Origin: an uncultured Bdellovibrionales bacterium
GTDB lineage: Bacteria; Patescibacteriota; Minisyncoccia; Moranbacterales; UBA1568
DNA: 64,000 nucleotides
Direction: 5' to 3'
Assembly (NCBI GenBank): GCA_964436855.1
Contig: CAYTED010000005.1
Span: 2,539 to 66,538, forward strand
Part shown: positions 53,024-62,676 of the stretch, piece by piece
Numbering within the stretch: the first letter of the stretch is position 1
Layout of the letters: each line of letters opens with the position of its first letter
Made by a program: the position numbers and the translations under genes
Notes under the pieces: model-generated
What the model saw: only the letters and a program-made list of their open reading frames with translations
What the model was told of the DNA's origin: nothing
Database searches by the model: none

Positions 53024-56000
53024 ATGCCCTTCACTCATCTCCACGTCCACTCGCACTATAGCTTCCTTACCGCCGTCGGAAAAATCGATGATCTTTTGGA
53101 TCGCGCGAAAGAGCTTGGGATGACATCGCTCGCACTTACCGATTACACCGGTCTTTACGGCGCGGTCGAGTTTTATATGCACGCGAAAGAAAAAGGGATC
53201 AAGCCGATCATCGGCGCCGAAGTCTATGTCGCGAAAAATCATCTCGACAAAAACAACACGTCCGAAAACCGGCGACGCCACACCCTCGTTCTCCTCTGTG
53301 AAAACGAAACTGGGTATCAGAACCTGATGAAGCTCATTTCGGTCGCGCATCTCGAGGGATTCTACTACAAAGCGCGCGTCGACCGAGAGCTCCTCCGAAA
53401 ATATCACGAAGGACTTGTCGCGCTTTCCGGATCACTCACCGGAGAAGTACCATCCGAAATGGTGTACGGGAATTACGATCGCGCCAAAGCCGCCGCTCTC
53501 GAGTACGAAGAAATTTTCGGAAAGGGAAATTTTTTTCTTGAGATCCAACCACACCCGGATTACGAAAATCAGGACACGGCCAATCAGGGATTGATCGCGC
53601 TCTCGAAGGAAACCGGGATTCCGCTTGTCGCGACCGTCGACGTGCACTATGTGCGACCGGAAGATAAAGCGACGCAAGATATTCTCCTCTGTATCCGCGA
53701 TAACAAAAAAGTAAACGATACCGATCGCGCAAGCTATACCCATCTTGATCTCTCGCTTCGCTCACCGGAATCGATGATGGAGGCATTGAAAAATTTCCCC
53801 GAAGCGATTGAGAACACGCAAAAAATCACTGAACGATGCAATCTCGAGATTCCTCTCGGACAAACCCAACTCCCTCACTTCGAGGTTCCCGAGACCGAAA
53901 CCCCCGAGAGTTATCTCCGAAAACTCTGCGAAGTTGGACTCGTCAAACGGTATGGCGATGCTGTTGAACCAAAGCATCGCGAACGAATGGAATATGAACT
54001 TTCCGTCATTGAAAAAACCGGTTTCGCATCGTACTTCTTGATCGTGCAGGATTTCGTCAACTGGGCGAAAGATAACGGCGTCGTCGTCGGACCGGGACGC
54101 GGTTCCGCCGCCGGATCATTCGTCGCCTATCTCACTGGTATCACAAACATCGACCCGCTCGAATACAAACTCCTCTTCGAACGATTTCTCAATCCCGAAC
54201 GTATCTCGATGCCCGATGTCGATATGGACTTCGCCGATACGCGTCGCGACGATGTGCTCGCCTATGTCCGAAAAAAATACGGCGAAGATCATGTCGCGCA
54301 GATCATCACTTTCGGAACTATGGCCGCAAAAGCCGCGGTGCGCGACGTCGGTCGGGCGCTTGGTTATCCGTATGCGTTCTGCGATCAGATTTCAAAAATG
54401 ATCCCCATGTTCACCTCGCTCAAAAAATCGATTGCCGAAGTTCCGGACTTGAAAAAAATGTATGAGGAAAACATGGACGCGAAAAAGTTGATCGACAACG
54501 CAATGAAACTCGAGGGAAACGCGAGGCACTCATCGATGCATGCCTGCGGTGTCGTGATTACAAACAAACCGGTTACCGAATACACGCCGCTCCAAAACGT
54601 CTCCGGCGCGAAACAAGGTGTCGTCACCCAATACGCCTCCTCCACCAAATCAAGCGCCGTCGAAAAAATCGGGCTTCTGAAAATGGACTTTCTCGGGTTG
54701 AAAAACCTCACCATTATGCAAAACGCGTTTCGGATTATCCGAGCGCTCAAAAAACTTCCCTCACTCGCGGAGAAGCTCGGCCTCGATCCGGAGACTGCTT
54801 CCGTCTCGGACTTTCTCGACAAACTTCCCCTTGACGACGAACCCACGTTCAAACTTTTTCAAGACGCCCGCACAACCGGCATTTTCCAGCTTGAATCAAA
54901 CGGGATGAAACGCTACCTGAAACAACTGAAGCCCACCGTTCTCGAAGATATCATCGCGATGGTCGCTCTCTACCGACCGGGGCCGATGGAGTGGATCCCC
55001 GATTTCGTCGATGGGAAACACGGCCGAAAAGAAGTGAAATATCTTCATCCGTCGCTTGAACCGATTCTCCGCGATACCTATGGCGTCGCCGTGTATCAGG
55101 AACAAGTCATGCAAATCGCGCGCGATCTTGCCGGTTTCACTATGGGCGAGGCCGATGTGCTCCGTAAGGCGATGGGGAAAAAAATCATCGACCTCATTCA
55201 GGAGCAACGGATAAAATTCGTGAATGACGCGCACGAAAAAAAACAGGTTCCGAAGGCGATCGCGGAAAAAGTATTCTCTTTCATCGAGCCGTTCGCCGGA
55301 TACGGATTCAACCGATCACATGCCGCCTGCTACGCGCTCATCGGATACCAAACCGCATTCTTGAAAGCGCACTACCCCGCCGAATTTATGGCGGCGCTCC
55401 TCACAAGCGATCAACACGACACCGATCGTATCGCAATCGAGGTGCGCGAGTGTCGCGAAATGGGAGTCCCGGTGTTGCCTCCCGACGTAAACGAGAGTTT
55501 CGAAGAATTTGCCGTCATCGTCGGAGAAGATCATGTCGAGCGAATCCGGTTCGGACTGAATGCCATCAAAAATGTCGGCGAAACGGTCGTCGCGGAAATC
55601 GTCGCCGAACGAAAACGAAACGGGAAATTCCAAGACCTCACGGATTTTGTCGAACGCGTCCATCACAAAGACCTGAACAAAAAATCGCTCGAAGCGCTTG
55701 CGAAAGTCGGCGCGCTCGATCAGTTTGGCGAGCGAAACCAGCTCCTCGCGAGTGTTGATGACATTCTCAAATATTCCAAAAATCTCGAGAAAGTCCGCGA
55801 CTCGCATGCGGAGAGTCTCTTCGGCGATTTGCCGGTCGTCGCCTCCACGCTCCGACTTGCAAGTGCCGCGCCGGCAAGTAAACGAGAACGCCTCGGCTGG
55901 GAAAAAGAACTCCTCGGACTCTATGTCTCCGACCATCCGGCAAACGATTACAAAGACTATCTCGAAAAAAACGCGAAACCGATCGCGGATATCGAAAAAG

Positions 56001-56569
56001 CCGAAGAAAATTCCGTGGTAAATATCGGCGGCGTTGTCGCGAGCGCGCGCAAAGTCATTACCAAACAGGGCGGCTCTATGTTCTTCGTTTCACTCGAAGA
56101 TCTCTCCGGTCGCGTCGAACTGGTCGTCTTTCCCCGCACCGCCGAACAAACCGAGCAGTTTTGGAAAGAAGATGAGATGCTCTTCGTCGGGGCGAAAATC
56201 TCGCACAAAGACGGTCTCCTCCGCGCTTCCGTTGAAACGGTGAAAAAACTCTCTCCCGAAGAACTCATTCTCTTCCGGCGTATCGAGGCAACCAAAGCGA
56301 AAAACGGAGAAGAAAAAAATATTCCCAATCCGACGGAAACTCCGCGCAAACAAAACAACGGGATTATCGTCCTCGTCCGGAACGACGCTCCAGCGCATTT
56401 TCTCGACGCGCTCTCGCAAACGCTCCGCTCGTGCCCGACCGGATCCGAAAAAGTTTTCGTCTCTCTCTACGGACAAAAAATCGAAACATCTTTTTCCATC
56501 ACTTCAGATAATGCCATCCTCGATTCCCTCCGCGGCGTGGAAGGGGTTGAAGGGGTGCGAGCAGTGTAG
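53024..56569 (+). CDS. dnaE: DNA polymerase III alpha subunit
   Basis: PHP domain MPFTHLHVHSHYSFL, polymerase core, OB fold. 1181 aa. Confidence 0.95.
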   Translation: MPFTHLHVHSHYSFLTAVGKIDDLLDRAKELGMTSLALTDYTGLYGAVEFYMHAKEKGIKPIIGAEVYVAKNHLDKNNTSENRRRHTLVLLCENETGYQNLMKLISVAHLEGFYYKARVDRELLRKYHEGLVALSGSLTGEVPSEMVYGNYDRAKAAALEYEEIFGKGNFFLEIQPHPDYENQDTANQGLIALSKETGIPLVATVDVHYVRPEDKATQDILLCIRDNKKVNDTDRASYTHLDLSLRSPESMMEALKNFPEAIENTQKITERCNLEIPLGQTQLPHFEVPETETPESYLRKLCEVGLVKRYGDAVEPKHRERMEYELSVIEKTGFASYFLIVQDFVNWAKDNGVVVGPGRGSAAGSFVAYLTGITNIDPLEYKLLFERFLNPERISMPDVDMDFADTRRDDVLAYVRKKYGEDHVAQIITFGTMAAKAAVRDVGRALGYPYAFCDQISKMIPMFTSLKKSIAEVPDLKKMYEENMDAKKLIDNAMKLEGNARHSSMHACGVVITNKPVTEYTPLQNVSGAKQGVVTQYASSTKSSAVEKIGLLKMDFLGLKNLTIMQNAFRIIRALKKLPSLAEKLGLDPETASVSDFLDKLPLDDEPTFKLFQDARTTGIFQLESNGMKRYLKQLKPTVLEDIIAMVALYRPGPMEWIPDFVDGKHGRKEVKYLHPSLEPILRDTYGVAVYQEQVMQIARDLAGFTMGEADVLRKAMGKKIIDLIQEQRIKFVNDAHEKKQVPKAIAEKVFSFIEPFAGYGFNRSHAACYALIGYQTAFLKAHYPAEFMAALLTSDQHDTDRIAIEVRECREMGVPVLPPDVNESFEEFAVIVGEDHVERIRFGLNAIKNVGETVVAEIVAERKRNGKFQDLTDFVERVHHKDLNKKSLEALAKVGALDQFGERNQLLASVDDILKYSKNLEKVRDSHAESLFGDLPVVASTLRLASAAPASKRERLGWEKELLGLYVSDHPANDYKDYLEKNAKPIADIEKAEENSVVNIGGVVASARKVITKQGGSMFFVSLEDLSGRVELVVFPRTAEQTEQFWKEDEMLFVGAKISHKDGLLRASVETVKKLSPEELILFRRIEATKAKNGEEKNIPNPTETPRKQNNGIIVLVRNDAPAHFLDALSQTLRSCPTGSEKVFVSLYGQKIETSFSITSDNAILDSLRGVEGVEGVRAV

Positions 56570-56608
56570 ACTGTTCAAGGTTTAAAATTCGTGGCATACT
56601 TTTCGATT

Positions 56609-57622
56609 ATGAAAACATTGCCTGAAATGATCGCTGTCGTGGGACCGACGGCTTCCGGAAAGTCAGATCTCGCCATTGCTTTGGCGAAACGATATGACGG
56701 CGAAATTCTTTCCGCTGACAGTCGACAGGTGTACCGCGGGATGGATGTAGGAACTGGAAAAGTAACTCGGGACCCCCTTCCTCCTCCCCTTTCTAAGGGA
56801 AGGGTGGGGAGGGGTTTGAGAAGCATTTCCAAAACCCCCTCTCAATCCCCCTCTTTGAAAGAGGGGGAGGTGTATTATTCCGAAGGAATAGTCCATCACT
56901 TAATCGACATTGCATCGCCGAAACGGGAATACAATATCGCGCATTTTCTTCGCGATGCGAAACAAGCGATCACCGACATCAAAAAACGCGGGAAACTTCC
57001 TATCGTCTGCGGCGGCACGCACTTCTGGATTCAAGCGCTTCTTGAACATCAAACACTCCCTGAAGTAAAACCAAACAAAGCGCTCCGGGCAACACTTGAA
57101 AAAAAATCAGCGGGAGAACTCCTCTCAATACTCGAAGAAAAAGATTCCGAACGCGCGGAAATGATTGATCCGAAAAATAAAATACGATTGATACGGGCGA
57201 TTGAAATTTGCGAAGCTATCGGAAAAGTCCCCAAGGCAACCAACAGTCAGCAGTCAGCAATCAACAAAGAAAAGAACCTTGTCATCGCGCTCAATCCTCC
57301 CAAAGAGGTTTTGCGCAAACGAATACAATCCCGTCTTGATAGACGGTTTTCCGAAGGGATGACCGAAGAGGTGGAACAACTCTACGCAAACGGTGTATCA
57401 TACAAAAGACTTGAGGGCTTCGGTCTCGAGTACCGATATATCGCACAGTTTCTCCAGAAAAAAATTTCCGAAACGGAAATGCAGGAGAAACTCTTCTTCG
57501 AAATCTGGCATTATGCCAAGCGCCAACTCTCGTGGCTTCGCCGGTGGGAAAAGCAAGGCGCGAAAATCCATTGGGTCAAGAATCAGGAAGAGGCGCTTCG
57601 ATACTGCAAAGATATTTTTTGA
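56609..57622 (+). CDS. miaA: tRNA dimethylallyltransferase carrying an in-frame ~35-aa insertion
   Basis: P-loop GPTASGKS, DSRQVYRGMDVGTGK, HHLIDI, and the MiaA C-terminal helical domain. The extra segment RDPLPPPLSKGRVGRGLRSISKTPSQSPSLKEGEV lies between GTGK and HHLIDI. Confidence 0.85.
   Translation: MKTLPEMIAVVGPTASGKSDLAIALAKRYDGEILSADSRQVYRGMDVGTGKVTRDPLPPPLSKGRVGRGLRSISKTPSQSPSLKEGEVYYSEGIVHHLIDIASPKREYNIAHFLRDAKQAITDIKKRGKLPIVCGGTHFWIQALLEHQTLPEVKPNKALRATLEKKSAGELLSILEEKDSERAEMIDPKNKIRLIRAIEICEAIGKVPKATNSQQSAINKEKNLVIALNPPKEVLRKRIQSRLDRRFSEGMTEEVEQLYANGVSYKRLEGFGLEYRYIAQFLQKKISETEMQEKLFFEIWHYAKRQLSWLRRWEKQGAKIHWVKNQEEALRYCKDIF
56768..56873. repeat. G/C-rich quasi-palindromic element that encodes the miaA insertion
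   Basis: cccccttcctcctcccctttctaagggaagggtggggagggg, then a perfect 10-bp inverted repeat ccccctcttt-g-aaagaggggg at 56847-56867. Local GC content is far above the surroundings. Confidence 0.4.
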
Positions 57623-57753
57623 AAAAGACTCCGGAATTCTTTTCCGAAAAAAATTCTTTTTTCGATGTTCGATCTCGCCGTCTGCGGCGAAGGGAAAAGG
57701 CAAGAAAAAAGAATTTTTTCGGAAATATAAAAACACACACCACAAGAACTCCT

Positions 57754-58860
57754 ATGACACCCGAGCCACTTTACTTTCACGCGCTTCGACTCATTCCTGG
57801 TATCGGCGCGAAAACCCTCGTCTCGCTCATTGAACGGTTCGGCTCCGCGGAAGCGATCTGGAACGCAACCGAAAGCGAACTCTCCGAATCCAAACTCATC
57901 GGACCGAAAGCAATCGCAGCGCTTCTCGATATACGTCGGTCTTTTTCTTTCGAACGCGAACAAGAATTGCTTGAAAAAGAAAGTATCGCCCTCCTCCCCT
58001 GTACCGATTCCTCCTATCCGAAACTCCTTCGAGAAATCCCCGATTTTCCCCCGCTTCTCTATATCCGCGGCAATTTTTCCGGTTGGAATGAAAAACATTT
58101 CCTCACCGTTATCGGATCGCGGAAATTCACCCGCTATGGAAAAGAAGTCGCCGAAAAATTCGCAGCCGATGCCGTCCGGGTCGGATTTGTTGTTACAAGC
58201 GGACTCGCTTTCGGTATCGATGCGATCGCACATACGACCGCACTTGATTCGGGCGGGGAAACCGTGGCCGTGCTCGGAAGCGGTATCAATGATACCCATA
58301 TCACCCCGCAAACAAATCTTTCCCTCGCAAAACGCATCTTAACGCGTGGCGCGCTCGTTTCGGAATACCCACCCGGTACGGAAGCAAACAAAGGAACTTT
58401 CCCGGCCCGCAACCGCATTATGGCGGGACTTTCCTTTGGGACACTGGTTATCGAAGCCGCGGAAAAAAGCGGAACACTCATTACCGCGCGACTCGCGCTT
58501 GATTACAATCGCGATGTCTTTGCCGTTCCCGGATCGATCTTCTCTCCTCTTTCGATCGGCTGTCACAAACTCCTCCGAGAGGGCGCGAAGTTCACCGGAA
58601 GCATCGAAGATGTCCTCGAGGAATGCGCGACCTTTTTTTCACCGCAAAGAGACTCTCTCGCGGAAAAAACCCTTCCGGAAAATCTCTCTTCGCACGAACG
58701 CCTCCTCGCAAAACACCTCTCCCACGAACCCCTCCACATTGACAATCTCGTAAAACTCTCTACACTCGATACGTCCGATATTCTTGCCGCCCTCACTCTC
58801 CTCGAGCTCAAGGGACTTGCCAAAAACATCGGCGGGCAACAATATATAAGAAGCCGATGA
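57754..58860 (+). CDS. dprA: DNA processing protein DprA (Smf)
   Basis: N-terminal SAM-like domain, Rossmann-like DprA domain (GSRKFTRYGKEVAEKFA...SGLAFGIDAIAH...GTLITARLALDYNRDVFAVPG), and a C-terminal wHTH domain. Start at ATG 57754. Confidence 0.8.
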   Translation: MTPEPLYFHALRLIPGIGAKTLVSLIERFGSAEAIWNATESELSESKLIGPKAIAALLDIRRSFSFEREQELLEKESIALLPCTDSSYPKLLREIPDFPPLLYIRGNFSGWNEKHFLTVIGSRKFTRYGKEVAEKFAADAVRVGFVVTSGLAFGIDAIAHTTALDSGGETVAVLGSGINDTHITPQTNLSLAKRILTRGALVSEYPPGTEANKGTFPARNRIMAGLSFGTLVIEAAEKSGTLITARLALDYNRDVFAVPGSIFSPLSIGCHKLLREGAKFTGSIEDVLEECATFFSPQRDSLAEKTLPENLSSHERLLAKHLSHEPLHIDNLVKLSTLDTSDILAALTLLELKGLAKNIGGQQYIRSR

Positions 58861-58863
58861 ATA

Positions 58864-58965
58864 AAGAATCTAGAATCAAGAATCTAGATTTAAAAAATAC
58901 AAGAAATGTTATTTCCCTATCCCTTCCTAAAAATCCAGATTCTAAATTCCAGATTCCAGATTCTT
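58864..58965. repeat. GAATC-rich imperfect inverted repeats in the dprA-topA intergenic region
   Basis: aagaatctagaatc at 58864-58877 and gattccagattctt at 58952-58965 (reverse complement aagaatctggaatc; 13 of 14 match). Internal repeats aagaatctag (two copies) and ccagattc (three copies). Confidence 0.4.
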
Positions 58966-58970
58966 CATAT

Positions 58971-61148
58971 ATGAAGTTACTCATCGTCGAATCTCCCTCG
59001 AAAGCGAAAACCATTGAAAAATATTTGCAGGGCGACTATAAGGTGGTGGCTTCGGTTGGTCATATCCGCGATCTCCCGAAGTCAAACAAAGACGCTATCG
59101 ATATCGAAAACGGTTTCAAGCCGCGTTATGTTATCACGCCCGGAAAAGAGGCGGTTGTCGAACAACTCCGAACTCTCGTAAAAAAAAGCAAAGAAGTTCT
59201 CCTTGCAACCGACCCCGACCGCGAAGGAGAGGCGATCGCCTGGCATGTCGCCGATGTGTGCGATTTAAAAAAACCGCGACGCGTTCTTTTTTACGAAATC
59301 ACCGAAAACGCCGTGAAGGGAGCCGTTACGCATCCGCGCGCGCTCGATCGGAACCTCCGCAAAGCGCAAGAAGCGCGCCGCGTTCTCGACCGTCTCGTCG
59401 GCTACGATCTCTCCGGACTCGTCTGGAAAAAAGTACGCTACGGACTTTCTGCCGGACGCGTACAATCCCCGGCACTTCATATTCTCGCCGAGCGCGAACG
59501 AGAGATTCGCGCCTTTGTCCCGGAAACGTATTTCACCATTACCGCCGACACGGAAACAAAGAAAAAAGAACGTATCCGTTTTGTCTGCAGCGTGGAACCG
59601 AAAGAAAAGAAAGAGTCTGACAAAATCCTTTCCAACGCTCGCAAAAAAGAGTGGGTCATTACCGATGTAACGACAACCGAAGCGAAACGACGGCCGAACG
59701 CGCCATTCACCACCTCGACCCTCCAACAGTCCGCCAGCTCCCGTTTTGGAATGTCGCCATCACGCACAATGCGCGCCGCACAGAAACTCTACGAAAAAGG
59801 GTACATTACATATATGCGCACCGATTCGGTTTCACTTTCGGAAGAAATCCTTCCAAAACTCGCGACGATCATCGAGAGAGAATTCGGCGAAAAATATCTT
59901 TCTGTCCGACGCTACCAAACAAAATCCAAAAACGCCCAGGAAGCGCATGAGGCAATTCGCCCCACCGACCCCGGGAAAAAAGCCGCCGGATTTTCGGATG
60001 ATGAAAAGAAACTCTATGTTCTTATTCGAACACGCACCCTCGCCTCGCAGATGAGCGACGCGGAAATACTCCGGACAAAAATCATCGCGAATACCACGGA
60101 CAAAAAACTTCCCGACTTTACGGCGAACGGGTCCCATCTCCTTTTTCCCGGTTGGCTCGCGCTCGACACTGCCGCGCGCGGGGACGATGTCGAAGTCCCG
60201 CAGGTTGCCACAAATGATCCGCTCGTCCTCAAGGGTATCGACGCGGAAGAAAAACAAACCGAGCCGCCAAAACGCTATACGGAAGCCGGTCTCGTCAAAG
60301 AATTGGAAAAACGAGGAATTGGCCGACCGTCTACGTATGCCGCCATCGTCAAAACCATTCAGGATCGCGGTTATGTGGAAAAAGACGGAAAATCCCTTGT
60401 CGTTACCGACACAGGCATCGTCGTCGACGATTTTCTCTTCAAACATTTCAGCGAAATCGTGTCCGAACAATTCACCGCGGATATGGAAAACAAGCTCGAC
60501 GATATTGCCAATGGCGATCGGGAATACGAGAAGACGCTCAAAGAATTCTACACGCCGTTTAAAAAAGAAGTGAAGTCAAAAGACAAGGTCGACAAGGTTA
60601 CGACAATGGGCGATGCGCCGAAAGAAATGAAGTGTCCGAAGTGCGGGTCAGGCATGGTTATCAAACTTTCTCGTAGTGGAAAATTTTTCTCTTGTTCGCG
60701 ATTCCCCGATTGCGACGGTGCACTCACCGAAGAAGGAAAAGTTGTCGAACCGCCGAAAGAAACCGGGGAACTGTGTCCCGATTGCAAGACCGGAAAACTC
60801 GTCGAGCGCGACGGCAAATACGGAAAGTTCATCGCCTGCTCCAATTTTCCCAAGTGCAAATACGTCCGCAATGACGAAAAATCCGTCGTCTCCTCGGGCG
60901 TACAATGCCCCGTCTGCAATTCGGGCGAAATGGTCGAACGACGTGGCCGCTTCGGCACATTTTATTCGTGCTCAAATTATCCAAAATGCAAAAACGCGAT
61001 CAAGGCGAAACCGACCGGCAAACTTTGCAAAATGTGCGGATCGCTCATGATGGAAGGAACCAAAACCATTCCCGAGCGCTGCTCAAAAAAAGAGTGCCCC
61101 AATCACAATCCGCACAAACTGAAAGGAAGCTCCGCTTCGAAAAAGTAG
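58971..61148 (+). CDS. topA: DNA topoisomerase I with C-terminal C4 zinc ribbons
   Basis: TOPRIM MKLLIVESPSKAKTIEKYL, active-site Tyr region, and three or four CxxC...CxxC zinc-ribbon repeats. Start at ATG 58971. Confidence 0.95.
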   Translation: MKLLIVESPSKAKTIEKYLQGDYKVVASVGHIRDLPKSNKDAIDIENGFKPRYVITPGKEAVVEQLRTLVKKSKEVLLATDPDREGEAIAWHVADVCDLKKPRRVLFYEITENAVKGAVTHPRALDRNLRKAQEARRVLDRLVGYDLSGLVWKKVRYGLSAGRVQSPALHILAEREREIRAFVPETYFTITADTETKKKERIRFVCSVEPKEKKESDKILSNARKKEWVITDVTTTEAKRRPNAPFTTSTLQQSASSRFGMSPSRTMRAAQKLYEKGYITYMRTDSVSLSEEILPKLATIIEREFGEKYLSVRRYQTKSKNAQEAHEAIRPTDPGKKAAGFSDDEKKLYVLIRTRTLASQMSDAEILRTKIIANTTDKKLPDFTANGSHLLFPGWLALDTAARGDDVEVPQVATNDPLVLKGIDAEEKQTEPPKRYTEAGLVKELEKRGIGRPSTYAAIVKTIQDRGYVEKDGKSLVVTDTGIVVDDFLFKHFSEIVSEQFTADMENKLDDIANGDREYEKTLKEFYTPFKKEVKSKDKVDKVTTMGDAPKEMKCPKCGSGMVIKLSRSGKFFSCSRFPDCDGALTEEGKVVEPPKETGELCPDCKTGKLVERDGKYGKFIACSNFPKCKYVRNDEKSVVSSGVQCPVCNSGEMVERRGRFGTFYSCSNYPKCKNAIKAKPTGKLCKMCGSLMMEGTKTIPERCSKKECPNHNPHKLKGSSASKK

Positions 61149-61233
61149 CCTTTGCGAAAAGCAGACGCCCTGATCTCCTTGTATTGAAATCTCTGTCGCC
61201 GTATTATAGAGGGGGTATCCTCTCTTTTCTTTT

Positions 61234-62622
61234 ATGACACACTCTCAAGAAAATCCCTTTCAAGCGGTTTTTGAAAAACAAAAACGGTTCTTTGCGAGCG
61301 GCGCTACTCGCTCGATCGAATTCCGCATCGAACAAATTCGGAAACTTGAAGACGCTCTCCAAAACAAGGAGGACGAAATATTTGATGCCTTGCAAAAAGA
61401 CTTTCAAAAATCCCCCATCCCTTCGTACACCGGAGAACTTGGCTTGCTTTTTGAGGAGTGTCGAATTGCCCGAAAAAATCTCTCTTCCTGGATGCGACCA
61501 CAGAAAGTTTCTGCACCGAAATTTCTTCCATTCACTCGGAGTTTCTTTGTTCGTGAGCCGTATGGCACACTGCTCATTATCAGTCCCTTCAATGTACCCT
61601 TCGTCGGCCCGCTCCTTCCGCTCATTGGAAGTATTGCCGCCGGAAATTGCAGCGTCCTCAAAATATCCGATCAGGCAAAAGCATCTGAAAAAATTGTCGA
61701 AGATATTATTCGCAGCACCTTCTCGGAAGAATTTGTCGCCGTCGTTACCGGCTCGAGAGTCGAAACCGAGGCTTTGCTTGAGCTTCCATTCGGGCATTTC
61801 TTTTTTATGGGCGGCACCGAGACTGGAAGAGCCGTACTTGCCGCAGCAACAAAACATCTTGCCCCAGCGACACTCGAACTTGGCGGAAAATGTCCCGCCA
61901 TTGTCGATGCCAACACTTCACTCGAAACCGCCGCTCGAAGGATTATCTGGGGACGATTTTTCAATGCCGGACAAGAGTGCGTCTCGATTGATCATGTCTA
62001 TGTGCCGACCGAAACAAAAGAAACGTTCGTTGAACTTCTCAAGAAATATATCGTGGAATTTTTTGGAAAGAATCCGAAAGAAAGTCCCGACTATGAGCGA
62101 ATTGTGAGCGAGCGTCATTTTGATCGTATCGTTCGATTTTTGGGCGAAGGACGCGTTCTGTTTGGCGGTGAGACCGATCGAGAAGAGCGATACATCGCTC
62201 CGACACTCATAGACTCACTTCCGGAAAATTCTCTGGCCCTGCAAGAAGAAATATTCGGTCCCATCCTTCCCATTATCGAGTACGACTCTCTTGATTCCGT
62301 TCTTTCTGATATACAAAATCGCCCAAAGCCACTTGCCGTGTATATTTTCTCTCATGATAGAGCATTTCAGAAAAATATCATCGAAGGCACGCAGTCTGGC
62401 AGTGTCTGTATCAATGACTCTCAAATTCAAAACGTTCTCTCCGCTCTTCCAATCGGCGGCATCGGACAAAGCGGATTTGGACGAATTCACGGTCGGTTTA
62501 CTTTTGAGGCGTTTTCACAAACCCGTTCGATCGTGAAGCAAATTTTTTCTTTCGATCCTCCGGGACGATTTCCTCCCTACAATGAAAAATTTCTTTTCTT
62601 TATCAAAAAACTGCTTGGATAA
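61234..62622 (+). CDS. aldehyde dehydrogenase family protein (class-3-like)
   Basis: ELGGKCPAIV Glu-active-site block and catalytic Cys in FFNAGQECVSIDHVYV. Confidence 0.85.
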   Translation: MTHSQENPFQAVFEKQKRFFASGATRSIEFRIEQIRKLEDALQNKEDEIFDALQKDFQKSPIPSYTGELGLLFEECRIARKNLSSWMRPQKVSAPKFLPFTRSFFVREPYGTLLIISPFNVPFVGPLLPLIGSIAAGNCSVLKISDQAKASEKIVEDIIRSTFSEEFVAVVTGSRVETEALLELPFGHFFFMGGTETGRAVLAAATKHLAPATLELGGKCPAIVDANTSLETAARRIIWGRFFNAGQECVSIDHVYVPTETKETFVELLKKYIVEFFGKNPKESPDYERIVSERHFDRIVRFLGEGRVLFGGETDREERYIAPTLIDSLPENSLALQEEIFGPILPIIEYDSLDSVLSDIQNRPKPLAVYIFSHDRAFQKNIIEGTQSGSVCINDSQIQNVLSALPIGGIGQSGFGRIHGRFTFEAFSQTRSIVKQIFSFDPPGRFPPYNEKFLFFIKKLLG

Positions 62623-62633
62623 AGGAAAAATCG

Positions 62634-62657
62634 AAGGCCTCACCCGAGGCCTTTTTC
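62634..62657. terminator. bidirectional rho-independent terminator between two convergent genes
   Basis: Perfect hairpin aaggcctc-accc-gaggcctt flanked by A-rich and T-rich runs. Confidence 0.6.
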
Positions 62658-62676
62658 GTTTTAATATGCGTATTTT

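Noticed and set aside
57623-57753. Rho-independent terminator between miaA and dprA
   Set aside because: Only a 4-5-bp stem (cgga...tccg) within A/T runs. Too weak to call.
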